From Nitrospirae bacterium UBA2233 (lineage in GTDB: Bacteria; UBA2233), in the NCBI GenBank assembly GCA_002347965.1, contig DDYN01000013.1, forward strand, positions 18,674 to 82,673: DNA of 64,000 nt, in the 5' to 3' direction. The notes under the pieces were generated by a model that saw nothing but the letters and a program-made list of their open reading frames with translations, was not told the DNA's origin and searched no databases. Below, piece by piece: positions 18,648 through 28,118 of this stretch. The position numbers and the translations under genes were made by a program. Numbering within the stretch: the stretch's first letter is position 1; each line of letters begins with the position of its first letter.

Positions 18648-20077
18648 AGCGCCCCCATCAGTTCGCGGGCATGGGCTTCAAGCGCCCTGAGGCGTTCTTC
18701 CGACCGGGCCTCAATGTACATACGCACCACGGGCTCTGTTCCTGAAGGCCGAAGGAGGACCCAACTGCCATCTTCGAGGGTCCATTTCGTTCCGTCGAGC
18801 CTGCTTACGGAAGCCATCCGGACACCTGCAAGCTCCTTAGGCTCTTCTTCAATGATCCGCCGAAGGGCATCGGCCTTGGCCGGCTCAAAAGGCAGGTTGA
18901 CCCTGCTTGTGTAGAACGGGCCTGTTCGTAGCCAAAGGCTCTCTTGGAGAGATTTCAACGGAACTGAGTTCCTACAGGCGGCCTCCAGGGCAAGCAGGCA
19001 GGCTAAGATTCCGTCTTTCTCCGGAACATGACCCTTAAGCGAAAGACCCGCACTCTCCTCGCCTGCCAAAAGAGCCTTTCCCTCCCAAAGCGCCTGGCCC
19101 AAGTATTTGAAGCCCACCTTGGTTTCGATAGCCCTTTGCCCGTGGAGCCTTGCGACTGCATCGATAAAATGCGAGGTGGCCACGCTTCTTGCCGCGTCTC
19201 CCTTCATGCCCTTTTGGGCGATGAGCTCGTGATACAAAATACCCAGGAATACGTTGGGCAAAACAAACGTCCCGCCCCTATCGACAATCCCGTAACGGTC
19301 GGCATCGCCGTCGGTGGCGAGCGCGATGTCAAACCCTTGCTCTTGGACGATCCGGACGGTTTCGGCAAGTTCTTCAGGAGCCGGTTCTGGTGCCATCCCG
19401 TCGAACGTTGGGTCAGGGTTTACCCTTCTCACCTGGACCTTGACCCCTCTTGTCGTCAGATAACGATCGAGGTGGCCAGCTCCCGTTCCGTGGAGGACGT
19501 CCACGAGGACTTTGGGATTTGCGCGTTGAATGACCCCAACCTCCAGGAAGGTATCGAGTGTGGCGAAATACGCCTCGGAAGGGTCAACGGGAACGACAAG
19601 GCCTTTTGTTGCCGCCTCTTCGAGGTCGAGCGTGGGAATCGAAGGGTCCCGGGCATAGATCTCTTGAGCAAGCACCTCTAGCCTCTGGGTGGTCTCGGGC
19701 AGCGCTGGCCCGCCCCACTCGGGCGAGAACTTCAGGCCGTTATAAATTGGGGGGTTGTGGCTTGCGGTGATGTTCACGCCCCCCGCGGCGGAACGTCTCA
19801 GGATTTCGTGCGCGATGACCGGGGTAGGGGTAGGTCTTTGGCACACGAAGCACGCAACGCCCTCGTGAGCAAGAACCCCGACAACCTCGTCGGCAAATTT
19901 TTCGGACAAGAACCGCGTATCGTGGCCAACGACCACCCCTCGTCCTTGCGTACCTTTTTCCTTTAGAAAAAAAGCAAGTGCAAGCGCGGCGATACGGACG
20001 TTGGCAAACGTAAAGTCGTCCGCAATGATTCCACGCCAACCCGACGTTCCGAACGTGATTGGACACGGCCTTGGCAT
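18629..20077 (-). CDS. Phosphoglucomutase/phosphomannomutase (alpha-D-phosphohexomutase)
   Basis: GTSGWRG and the active-site TASHNP motif. ATG with an AAGGAGGG RBS. Confidence 0.9.
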   Translation of the reverse strand: MPRPCPITFGTSGWRGIIADDFTFANVRIAALALAFFLKEKGTQGRGVVVGHDTRFLSEKFADEVVGVLAHEGVACFVCQRPTPTPVIAHEILRRSAAGGVNITASHNPPIYNGLKFSPEWGGPALPETTQRLEVLAQEIYARDPSIPTLDLEEAATKGLVVPVDPSEAYFATLDTFLEVGVIQRANPKVLVDVLHGTGAGHLDRYLTTRGVKVQVRRVNPDPTFDGMAPEPAPEELAETVRIVQEQGFDIALATDGDADRYGIVDRGGTFVLPNVFLGILYHELIAQKGMKGDAARSVATSHFIDAVARLHGQRAIETKVGFKYLGQALWEGKALLAGEESAGLSLKGHVPEKDGILACLLALEAACRNSVPLKSLQESLWLRTGPFYTSRVNLPFEPAKADALRRIIEEEPKELAGVRMASVSRLDGTKWTLEDGSWVLLRPSGTEPVVRMYIEARSEERLRALEAHARELMGALWTSRP

Positions 20078-20093
20078 AAATGTAAACCCTCCT

Positions 20094-21077
20094 TTAGAGT
20101 GGGGGTGCCATAAAGGCCGGAGAGATGGGCTTTGATATACTCAAACGAAGCGCTTCCTCGATACGCCCAAGCATGTCCCCTGGAATTTTAAAGCTTGCAG
20201 CCTTGGACGATGCCTCGATTTGCTTGGGGTTTCTGGCCCCGCAAAGCGCAGAAGTCACCCCGCACTGCTCGATCGCCCACCGGACGGCGAAGGACCCGAT
20301 ATCCACGCCGATCTCCTTGGCTAACCCCTTCAGCCCTTCCACGGCCTTTAGATGTTCAAGAAAGGCATTCCCTTGGAATTTAGGGTCCGCGCTCCTTAGG
20401 TCATCGCTTGGAAAAGTCGTTTCTTGCGAAAATTTGCCCGTTAAAAGACCTCTGCAGAGAGGCCCGTAGGCAAGGATTCCGATTTTATGCTCCCTGGCAT
20501 AAGGAAGGGTTTCCGCCTCTATCTCGCGCTCGAACAGGCTGTAGGGGACTTGGTTGCTCGCAAGCGTTCCGTCCCTGTCGAACGCCTCCATCTGCCCGGC
20601 ATCAAAATTACTCACGCCAATTTCTCTGATTTTGCCGGCTTTTTTTAGCTTAAGCAAGGCATCGAGAGATTCTTCAAAAGGAGTGCTGAGATCCGGCCAA
20701 TGGATCTGGTAAAGGTCTATACAATCGGATCGAAGCCGCCTTAAGCTCTGATCAATCTCCTCAAAAATCCGCTTAGACGAGGAATTCCTCCGGATGCGCT
20801 CGTTTTCGTCCCACTCAAGGCCGCATTTGCTCGCCACAACAACCCGGTTTCGAGCCTTAGCCTCTGCAAGAGCCTGGCCGACGAGGGTTTCGGCATGGCC
20901 GAAACCGTACACGGGGGCCGTGTCAATCAGCGTGATTCCGAGGTCTATCGCCTTAAAGATGGCCTTCTTGGAGCTTTCATCTTCTGCGCCCCCCCACATC
21001 CAGCCGCCCATAACCCAGGTTCCGAGCCCGACCACGCTGACCGAAATATCGCTCTTGCCCAGATGCCTTTGCTCCAT
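20094..21077 (-). CDS. Aldo/keto reductase
   Basis: AKR signatures (GLGTW, IDTAPVYG, the IREIGVSNF-type motif). ATG at 21077. Confidence 0.8.
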   Translation of the reverse strand: MEQRHLGKSDISVSVVGLGTWVMGGWMWGGAEDESSKKAIFKAIDLGITLIDTAPVYGFGHAETLVGQALAEAKARNRVVVASKCGLEWDENERIRRNSSSKRIFEEIDQSLRRLRSDCIDLYQIHWPDLSTPFEESLDALLKLKKAGKIREIGVSNFDAGQMEAFDRDGTLASNQVPYSLFEREIEAETLPYAREHKIGILAYGPLCRGLLTGKFSQETTFPSDDLRSADPKFQGNAFLEHLKAVEGLKGLAKEIGVDIGSFAVRWAIEQCGVTSALCGARNPKQIEASSKAASFKIPGDMLGRIEEALRLSISKPISPAFMAPPL

Positions 21078-21308
21078 AGTCTCCAACCTTTTCCGGCGTG
21101 CTTCGTCGTTTAAGAACAAACTGTTTCTATGGTATTTTAGCGTATATCCAAAAACGCCCCAACCCTTATCCCGCTTGACCGTGCCCTCTCCATCTGGCAG
21201 CTCGACGACAAGCGATCCCCCAAGCTCCAGCTCGAGCCATACACAGCGCCCCCGCCACGACCGATGAAGAAACACCAGCCTGACATACGCTTTCTTTAAC
21301 GGTCAGCC

Positions 21309-21337
21309 TTGACAAGGCGGATTGATTCGCCCATTAT
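21309..21337 (+). promoter_or_regulatory. Putative sigma70 promoter for tRNA-Glu
   Basis: TTGACA, a 17-nt spacer, then CATTAT, ending about 25 nt upstream of the tRNA 5' end. Confidence 0.35.
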
Positions 21338-21366
21338 TATAGCTCAAACTTCTACGTGTTTGAGCG

Positions 21367-21442
21367 GGTCCCATCGTCTAGCGGCCTAGGACACTGGCCT
21401 CTCAAGCCAGAAACACGGGTTCGAAGCCCGTTGGGACCACCA
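21367..21442 (+). tRNA. tRNA-Glu(CUC): tRNA-Glu (anticodon CUC)
   Basis: 76 nt: acceptor GGUCCCA/UGGGACC, D-arm GUCU-AGCGGCCUA-GGAC, anticodon loop CUCUCAA, T-loop UUCGAAG, CCA encoded. The position was cross-checked against the overlapping ORF frame. Confidence 0.85.
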
Positions 21443-21865
21443 TTATTTTCGGGAAGCCTGCGGATGCTGCGCGACGACGGCGATGTCCGAAAACCCCGAA
21501 AGCCTCAAGGCGTCCATCACCTTGATGGCAAGCCCAAAATAGACCCCTTGATCCACAAACAGCGCGGCCTGCCCCTTCTCGACCTTTGGGGCCTCGTCAG
21601 CCAAGGCTTTTTGAAGCGTGCTAAGGGTGTGCTCCTTTCCGTTGACAAGAATACGCCCGTCCTTGGGAAGCTCGACCCTTAAAACGTTCTTAACTCCCGC
21701 TTCCTTTGCCGAGGTCGCCTCTGGCAGGTCTAGCTTAAGGGTCGGTGCCGTAGAGAAGTTCATGGTGAGCAAGAAATAAATCATAAGGTTAAACACGACA
21801 TCGATCAGCGGTGTCATCAGCATTCCTTGGAAACCCCGCCGTCTTCGGCTGGTCCTAAGGTACAT
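21443..21865 (-). CDS. ExbD/TolR family biopolymer transport protein
   Basis: Arg-rich N-terminus, a single TM helix (TPLIDVVFNLMIYFL) and a periplasmic domain. Confidence 0.8.
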   Translation of the reverse strand: MYLRTSRRRRGFQGMLMTPLIDVVFNLMIYFLLTMNFSTAPTLKLDLPEATSAKEAGVKNVLRVELPKDGRILVNGKEHTLSTLQKALADEAPKVEKGQAALFVDQGVYFGLAIKVMDALRLSGFSDIAVVAQHPQASRK

Positions 21866-21869
21866 AGGC

Positions 21870-22289
21870 TTAGCGGCTGGCCCGAATAAAGGCCTCGATA
21901 CGGGCCTTTAGCTTGTCTGGCTCGATTACCCCTTCGATGAAGTCGGCCTTTTTTTGGTCGTGGTCTTTCAAGACAATCGTCGGATACGCGAGGACGAAAA
22001 GCGCGTCTTCCCTAGGGATAGGCCTTACGGGAAACTTCAGGCCGGCTTCTTTAGCGTAGGCTTTGGCGGCGTCCTCCGAAGCACCCACGGCGTAACCCGC
22101 AATTTCCACGCCCTCCATCTTGAAATCCTTGAGATAATCGGCCATCTTTGCGCATGCAGGGCAACCCACCGAGAAGTAGTACTCTACGACGGCAACCCTG
22201 GTGCCGGATACCCCCGATTTCGGAAAGAAACAAAAAAAACATGCCAACGTGAGAATGGCAAACAATTGCACGTGTGCCGTTCGAAGCAC
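21870..22289 (-). CDS. Thioredoxin-fold protein (CPAC motif) with an N-terminal signal/TM region
   Basis: YYFSVGCPACAK motif. 139 aa. Confidence 0.65.
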   Translation of the reverse strand: MLRTAHVQLFAILTLACFFCFFPKSGVSGTRVAVVEYYFSVGCPACAKMADYLKDFKMEGVEIAGYAVGASEDAAKAYAKEAGLKFPVRPIPREDALFVLAYPTIVLKDHDQKKADFIEGVIEPDKLKARIEAFIRASR

Positions 22290-22352
22290 CGATTACCCCC
22301 CTATGAATTGGTTATGCTTTGGTTTGCACCTTTTTACGTTGCACAAAGAAAT

Positions 22353-23612
22353 TCAAGAAACGCGCGCAACCTTTGGAATCACGCGTACCCTGATGATTCT
22401 CTGCAATCCTACCTGCTCCACTACAAACACGGCGCTGTCCGTATCCAGACGTTGTTTTTCTTGGGGCATATCCTGGAACGCCTCGAGCAAGTAGCCGGCG
22501 AGCGTGCTGGCGCGCTCCTCTGGCAACCCTAGCTCAAGCATGCGGTTTAAATCTTTGATCGACAAATCGGCGTCTACCAGGAAAGAGCCATCTGGCAAGC
22601 GCCTGACCCTCTCTAAATCTCTGTCGAACTCGTCGAAAATCTCCCCCACGATCTCTTCCAGTAGGTCTTCTAACGTGACCAGCCCGACGACCGTCCCGTA
22701 CTCGTCCACAACGATCGCCATCTGGAGCTTCTTTACCCGCATCTCGCGCAAGAGCTCGTCGGTGCGCTTGACCTCGGGAACAAAGAACGCCTCTTTCAGA
22801 AGCGGAGCAATGCTGGGGTGCTGCCCTAGGGCCATGGCAAGCATTAGGTCCTTAATGTGCAGGATCCCGACGACGTTGCTGATGTCCTCTTGATAAACGG
22901 GAAACCTCGAAAAGCCTGTCTCCTTCGTCCTGCTAAGGGCATTCTCGACCGGAGCGTCCAGCTCTACGCCCACCATTTTAGCCCTTGGAACCATGACATC
23001 CACAACCCGCGTTTCCGAGAGCTCGAGAACGTTCAAGAGCATCAAGCGCCTTTCCTTTGCAAACGCGCCTACCTTGCCGCCGTAGAGCAGCAAATAACGG
23101 ATTTCGTCCTCGGAGATCGTCGGCCTAAGCTCCAACGATACCCCGCCAATCGTCGTGAGCAACATCCTTGAGATTGCCGTGGTACACCAGGCAGCGGGCA
23201 TAAGAAGCAGGCGGGCAACCTTAAGGAATGGGACTAGGGCAAGGCCAATGCGTTCGGCATGGAACAACGCGTAGCTTTTGGGGGTCACCTCGGAAAAAAC
23301 AAGGATTAGGAAGGTCATCAACACTGTCGCGTAAACCACGCCTCGCTCCCCGAACGTCTTGATCAACAACGAGGCGGTGAGCGAGGAAGCGAGGATGTTG
23401 ACGATATTGTTGCCTACCAGAATGAGACCGATGACTTCGTCCGGGTGCTTTAGCATGCCAAGAAGCGCTTTAGCGCGAAGGTTGCCGTCTTTGGCGAGCT
23501 TATTCAACCGGACACGGTTCATACCCACGAGCGCCGTCTCGAGGGCGCTGAAAAGCCCCGAAAAAACAAGGCAAGCCAAGATAGCGATTCCATAAAAGGC
23601 CTCATGGGACAA
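22353..23612 (-). CDS. HlyC/CorC family transporter (DUF21 + CBS pair + CorC_HlyC)
   Basis: TTG start with an AAGGAGG RBS. DUF21 TM region, two CBS domains and a C-terminal transporter-associated domain. Confidence 0.85.
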   Translation of the reverse strand: MSHEAFYGIAILACLVFSGLFSALETALVGMNRVRLNKLAKDGNLRAKALLGMLKHPDEVIGLILVGNNIVNILASSLTASLLIKTFGERGVVYATVLMTFLILVFSEVTPKSYALFHAERIGLALVPFLKVARLLLMPAAWCTTAISRMLLTTIGGVSLELRPTISEDEIRYLLLYGGKVGAFAKERRLMLLNVLELSETRVVDVMVPRAKMVGVELDAPVENALSRTKETGFSRFPVYQEDISNVVGILHIKDLMLAMALGQHPSIAPLLKEAFFVPEVKRTDELLREMRVKKLQMAIVVDEYGTVVGLVTLEDLLEEIVGEIFDEFDRDLERVRRLPDGSFLVDADLSIKDLNRMLELGLPEERASTLAGYLLEAFQDMPQEKQRLDTDSAVFVVEQVGLQRIIRVRVIPKVARVS

Positions 23613-24348
23613 GGCTCAACCTCCTTCTTTCGACCGGCCCGTGCGAAACCTTGACAATAAAGCTTGCATTTTCCAGCCCGCTTAAGCCATCCCGGCGGAA
23701 CGAGGCGAAGGGAACGTGAAGGCGCCCTGTACAAAGCCTTAGGGTATCTATCTGAACGCTCGGAACACCCGCGCGCTCGAGCAGCAGGCGGCTTGCCATG
23801 CCAAGGTCTAGGTATATTTTGGCGTTTCGTTTTTCAAGGCAGCCAGAAAGCCCCTTTTCGTGGAATACCGAGGCCACGTCTTGTTTGATTTCATAACAAC
23901 ATGGCCCGATGTGCGGACCAATCGCAACAACGAGCCGCCTCGGCGGAATCCCTAGGTCTCTTTCGAAACGCTCTACGAGCCGGCCTTGAATATCGAGGGC
24001 CGTTCCTTTCCATCCGGCATGAACGCAAGCTACCGCGTGCGAGACCGGGTCAAAGGCAAGCAGCGGGACACAATCCGCGGTACGGACAACAAGCACTACT
24101 CCTGGAAGGTTCGTAATCAGCCCATCCGTCCGGGGAACCCGAACTTGACTCTCTTTGCCCGCCAGCATCGCTCGCGTCACAACCTGGATGGTATCGCCGT
24201 GGACCTGCTCCATCCATACAAGCTTTCTGGCCCTATGCCATAAAACGCCTGGGTTTGGCAAAAAGGCTTGCTTACCGAGAAACCCGTGGATATTACCCCT
24301 GAATGCCGCCAAACGCCCGGAGAGATACCAAAGGGGGGGTCGGTTCAC
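23602..24348 (-). CDS. pgeF: YfiH/PgeF family (peptidoglycan editing factor / purine nucleoside phosphorylase LACC1-like)
   Basis: QVHG...ADCVPLL...HAGWKG motifs. Its GTG start overlaps the rluD stop (GTGA). Confidence 0.8.
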   Translation of the reverse strand: MNRPPLWYLSGRLAAFRGNIHGFLGKQAFLPNPGVLWHRARKLVWMEQVHGDTIQVVTRAMLAGKESQVRVPRTDGLITNLPGVVLVVRTADCVPLLAFDPVSHAVACVHAGWKGTALDIQGRLVERFERDLGIPPRRLVVAIGPHIGPCCYEIKQDVASVFHEKGLSGCLEKRNAKIYLDLGMASRLLLERAGVPSVQIDTLRLCTGRLHVPFASFRRDGLSGLENASFIVKVSHGPVERRRLSLVP

Positions 24349-25346
24349 CTTACCCCTCCTCGATCCTCCGCAAGAAGCCCTAAAAGCAAAGAAAACCCGA
24401 ACGGTAACGGGGCTTCCACCTCAATCTCGGCCTCCGTGACCGGATGCCGAAAGGCAAGCTGCCGAGCATGGAGAAGCTGCCCCTCAATCGCCTGGAAGGC
24501 CTCCTTGAGGGCGTTTGGCAACCTCTTCGGCAAAGCGGCCGTCTTTGGACCGTAGAGCCTGTCGCCCACAATCGGATGGCCGATTGCGGCCGTTTGCACC
24601 CTAAGCTGATGGGTACGCCCTGTACGAGGCCGTAGCAAAACGAGGCTCACGAAATCAAAGCTTTCAATCAGGCTGTAGGCAGTGAAGGCCAGCCGGCCCT
24701 TCCCCCTCCCAGGCCTAGTCGTGAAACGCGTGCCCACTTTTTGCGACCTTGAAAGCATGTTGGCCATCTCGCCCGTCTGGCTGCTCGGCTCTCCCCAGAT
24801 GAGCGCAACATACTCCTTTTTCACGGTTCGTGACGCAAACTGCCTCGATAGGCAAACATGTGCTTCAAGCGTCTTGGCGACCACGAGCGCCCCGGAGGTA
24901 TCCTTGTCTAAGCGGTGGACAATGCCAGGCCTCGTAGGTTCGCCCACGCGAGCGAGAGAGGGGTACATGTCGCTTAAAAAATCCACAAGAGTGCGTACGG
25001 GTCTTCCGGCTCCAGGGTGGACGACGAGCCCCTTAGGCTTGTTGAGGACAAGCACGTGCTCATCCTCGTACAGGACGGCAAAATGGGGCACCATAGGGGC
25101 GGCCGAAGGCTTGGGCTCTTCCGGCCAAGGAAGGATATGGAGCTGCTGCCCGGGCTCCACCCTTTGCGCGGGTTTGGACGCAAGCTTCCCCGCCACCTTC
25201 ACCAGCCCCTTGGCGATGGCGCGCTGAACACTCGCCCTGGAAACAAAAGCCCCTGTTTCGGCGAGCACGGCATCTAGCCGACCTGGCCTGGCGGCCACGA
25301 GAACAACCCCAAGCACCGTCGGGTTCGTATCGGGGATTGCTCCCAT
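24345..25346 (-). CDS. rluD: RluA-family 23S rRNA pseudouridine synthase (RluD-like) with an S4 domain
   Basis: Catalytic HRLDKDTSG motif. ATG start. Confidence 0.85.
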   Translation of the reverse strand: MGAIPDTNPTVLGVVLVAARPGRLDAVLAETGAFVSRASVQRAIAKGLVKVAGKLASKPAQRVEPGQQLHILPWPEEPKPSAAPMVPHFAVLYEDEHVLVLNKPKGLVVHPGAGRPVRTLVDFLSDMYPSLARVGEPTRPGIVHRLDKDTSGALVVAKTLEAHVCLSRQFASRTVKKEYVALIWGEPSSQTGEMANMLSRSQKVGTRFTTRPGRGKGRLAFTAYSLIESFDFVSLVLLRPRTGRTHQLRVQTAAIGHPIVGDRLYGPKTAALPKRLPNALKEAFQAIEGQLLHARQLAFRHPVTEAEIEVEAPLPFGFSLLLGLLAEDRGGVR

Positions 25347-25356
25347 CGGCCCATCC

Positions 25357-26304
25357 TTACGAAGAAACTCCGAAATCCGCCCCTAGGACGGCCGAAGCCT
25401 CTTTGATGTCTCGCTGAATCTGCTCGGCAAGAGCCGTGGGGGAATGAAACAGCTTTTGACCCCTTAAGAATTTAAGGAACTCGAAAGGCATCTGCCGCCC
25501 GTATAAATCGCCTTCGAACCCGATAAGGTGGACTTCCAAGCTCAGACGCTCGTCGCCAAAGGTAGGTTTTTGCCCAATGTTCGCCACAGCCCTGTATACC
25601 TTGCCTTCCACGCGGGCAAACCCAGCATAAACCCCAAGCATAGGGGTATATTTCTTTGGGTCGAGGACAAGGTTTGCCGTAGGACATCCAAGGAGCCTCC
25701 CCCTGCCCTCCCCACGCTCGACGACTCCATGTATACCGTAAGGCCTGCCCAAAATCTTCGCCGCCTTCTCGGCTTCACCCTTCGATAAGAGCTCCTTGAC
25801 CCAAGAAGAGCTGATCGGCCGCCCAAAATTACAGACCATTTCCGGGGTATACACGCGAAACCCATGCAAAGCGCCCATTCTCTCGAGCATGTGGATGTTT
25901 CCGCGCCGCCCACGGCCAAAGCAGAAGTCTTTCCCGACAACAAGCCACTTGGTCTTGAGGGCACCGACGAGGACACGCTCGACGAACGCCTCGGCTGAGA
26001 CTTGGGCAAATTCCATTCCAAATGTCTGGAGCCAAACCTTTGGAATGCCGAGAGAGGCCAACAGCTCTAGCTTTTCAGGAAGGGGCGTAAGATAACGGTG
26101 GCCTGCTTTTGGGTTGAACACCTCCCTTGGGTGAGGATAAAGCGTATAGACTCCAAACGGGCACGAGGCGGCCAATTCTTTGACCTTCGCGATCACCGCG
26201 AGGTGGCCGAGATGGACGCCGTCAAAGTTTCCGATGGCCACCACGTGCCCGTCTGATTCGGGAGAAAGCCCTTCAATGTCGGCAGGAAGGGTAAGCACCT
26301 CCAT
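25357..26304 (-). CDS. ribF: Bifunctional riboflavin kinase / FMN adenylyltransferase
   Basis: GNFDGVHLGH nucleotidyltransferase motif and a C-terminal riboflavin kinase domain. ATG at 26304 preferred over TTG at 26355. Confidence 0.85.
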   Translation of the reverse strand: MEVLTLPADIEGLSPESDGHVVAIGNFDGVHLGHLAVIAKVKELAASCPFGVYTLYPHPREVFNPKAGHRYLTPLPEKLELLASLGIPKVWLQTFGMEFAQVSAEAFVERVLVGALKTKWLVVGKDFCFGRGRRGNIHMLERMGALHGFRVYTPEMVCNFGRPISSSWVKELLSKGEAEKAAKILGRPYGIHGVVERGEGRGRLLGCPTANLVLDPKKYTPMLGVYAGFARVEGKVYRAVANIGQKPTFGDERLSLEVHLIGFEGDLYGRQMPFEFLKFLRGQKLFHSPTALAEQIQRDIKEASAVLGADFGVSS

Positions 26305-26936
26305 TCCTTCAGGCGCCCTTAACCCGCCTGGTATCCTCGTCCCTCCCCACGACAAAAATGTAGGCCAAACCCTTGATCGCGAACGAACCGTCGGGGGCGG
26401 GATGGACGTGTTGTTCGGGTGCTGCCTCCCGGACCATCATACCCTGAACGTCGGTTTGGTTGCCAAAAAACAGCCAAAGCTGCCGAGCCCGATCGCGCAA
26501 TGCCGCCCCATTACTCCACCGTTACATCTTCTTCGAGCAAAGCGTATATCGTGGCCTTTCCTTCTCTACCTACAGGCATGACAGGCGTTAGCAGCCCCAC
26601 CCTTCCTACGAACACGGATACGATTATTATACCCCTTGCTGAAGGATGGAGCCACCGCGAGATCCAGAGCGAAAACCGGGCACTACCAAACGCCGAACCC
26701 TTCCGGAAGGAGGCCAGGTTATCGGAAAACATGCTCAACCCAAACGAAAAAACAACGAGCCTTGATGGGTGGGACGGAAAATGGGTAAGCTTGAAGTAAG
26801 CAGAAATACCTGCATTCCTTATCCAGACGAGCGTTCAAGGAGGTCCAAGGTTTAACGCGGAAATATGTTTCTCGTTTCTTAGAAACTCTGTTTCTGTACG
26901 AGAATCCGCATGCTTTCCTCATGTTTAAACGTTAGG

Positions 26937-28118
26937 ATGTCAACATTGAAGACGCTCTACGGCTACATAGCACGAAAAATTGTCCTTACGTTCATCGTTT
27001 TTTTCGCTATACTGACGCTGTGTATCCTGTCGGGTTACGCCATCCGCATTACCGAGCTCGTCGTCGAAAACGGGTTTTCTCTCGCTTCCGTGCTGAAGAT
27101 GCTCGCCTTTCTTGTCCCTACATTCCTTGCCCTAAGCATGCCAATCGCGCTTTTGATGAGCACGGCCTACGCGTTCATGGATTTCAAGATGACCAAAGAA
27201 GCCTACGCCATGGCATCGCACGGCGTTTCACCAAAAAGGCTCTACATCCCGGTCGGCATCCTCGGAATTCTCGGAATTCTCGCATGCACGTGGACCAACG
27301 GCTGGCTGATGCCCTTAAGCCAGCTTCGCATGGAGCATTATGCGTTTTCGTTGGCGTCTCAAAAGGTTACGGTCGGCATCAAAGAGGCGACTTTCATTAA
27401 ACTCTTCCCCAATTTTACCGCCTACATCACTCGGCTCTCCCCCGCAAGGGAGCGCTTTGAGGGCGTGTACATTCATTCTGTCCAGCAGGGCAAGCCCTTC
27501 CACATTTTCGCCAAACAAGGGGTCATTCTTTCTAACCCCAGAAAGGCAACGCTTACGCTTAGGCTGCTCGATGGAACAATCCAGTACGCCTACGGGGGAA
27601 GCATCAGGCAGGAAGGGTCGCGCTTCGGCATACAAGACATCGACCTCAAGGCACTCGCCTCGCTCAAGTCGCCTTTGGCCAGCAAGACCGACAAGCGTAC
27701 GGCTACGATAACCGAGCTCCTTTGGCCGGCATCTATGGATTCCAAGGACGGGGAGCTGGCTGTTAGGGTCGAGCTGAACAAACGCTTGGCTATGTCGCTT
27801 TCTCCTTTACTCGTAGCACTGTTTGGGGCCTATTTGGGGCTCCTCCAACCCCCTAGGCCGAGATGGGTTAGCCTGATTTTCGCAAGCCTCGTTGTCTTGT
27901 TCAACTATATGGGGCTTATGCTCGGAGAGTCCCTAGCCTTGCGACAGGTTTTGCCCGCATGGGTAGCGCTCGAAATGGTAAATGGTCTTTTGTTTTTAGG
28001 ATGGCTCACGGGCCTTCTTCGTAATGAAGGCCATTTTCTTCGAATCGAACCCTTCTGGAACGAGCCGGGCTCTAGGTTTCGCAGGCCATCGTTGAAAGCT
28101 CGGGAGAACAGCGCATGA
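26937..28118 (+). CDS. lptF: LPS export permease LptF (YjgP/YjgQ family)
   Basis: 6-TM YjgP/YjgQ architecture. ATG at 26937, with 26910 as an alternative. Confidence 0.75.
   Translation: MSTLKTLYGYIARKIVLTFIVFFAILTLCILSGYAIRITELVVENGFSLASVLKMLAFLVPTFLALSMPIALLMSTAYAFMDFKMTKEAYAMASHGVSPKRLYIPVGILGILGILACTWTNGWLMPLSQLRMEHYAFSLASQKVTVGIKEATFIKLFPNFTAYITRLSPARERFEGVYIHSVQQGKPFHIFAKQGVILSNPRKATLTLRLLDGTIQYAYGGSIRQEGSRFGIQDIDLKALASLKSPLASKTDKRTATITELLWPASMDSKDGELAVRVELNKRLAMSLSPLLVALFGAYLGLLQPPRPRWVSLIFASLVVLFNYMGLMLGESLALRQVLPAWVALEMVNGLLFLGWLTGLLRNEGHFLRIEPFWNEPGSRFRRPSLKARENSA

Noticed and set aside
21356-21682. 108-aa plus-strand ORF
   Set aside because: It fully contains tRNA-Glu and lies antisense to exbD, so it is an artefact of the open frame.
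26511-26738. 75-aa minus-strand ORF in the ribF-lptF gap
   Set aside because: It needs a TTG start, has no SD sequence and no recognisable domain. The region is kept as a possible sRNA or regulatory interval instead.
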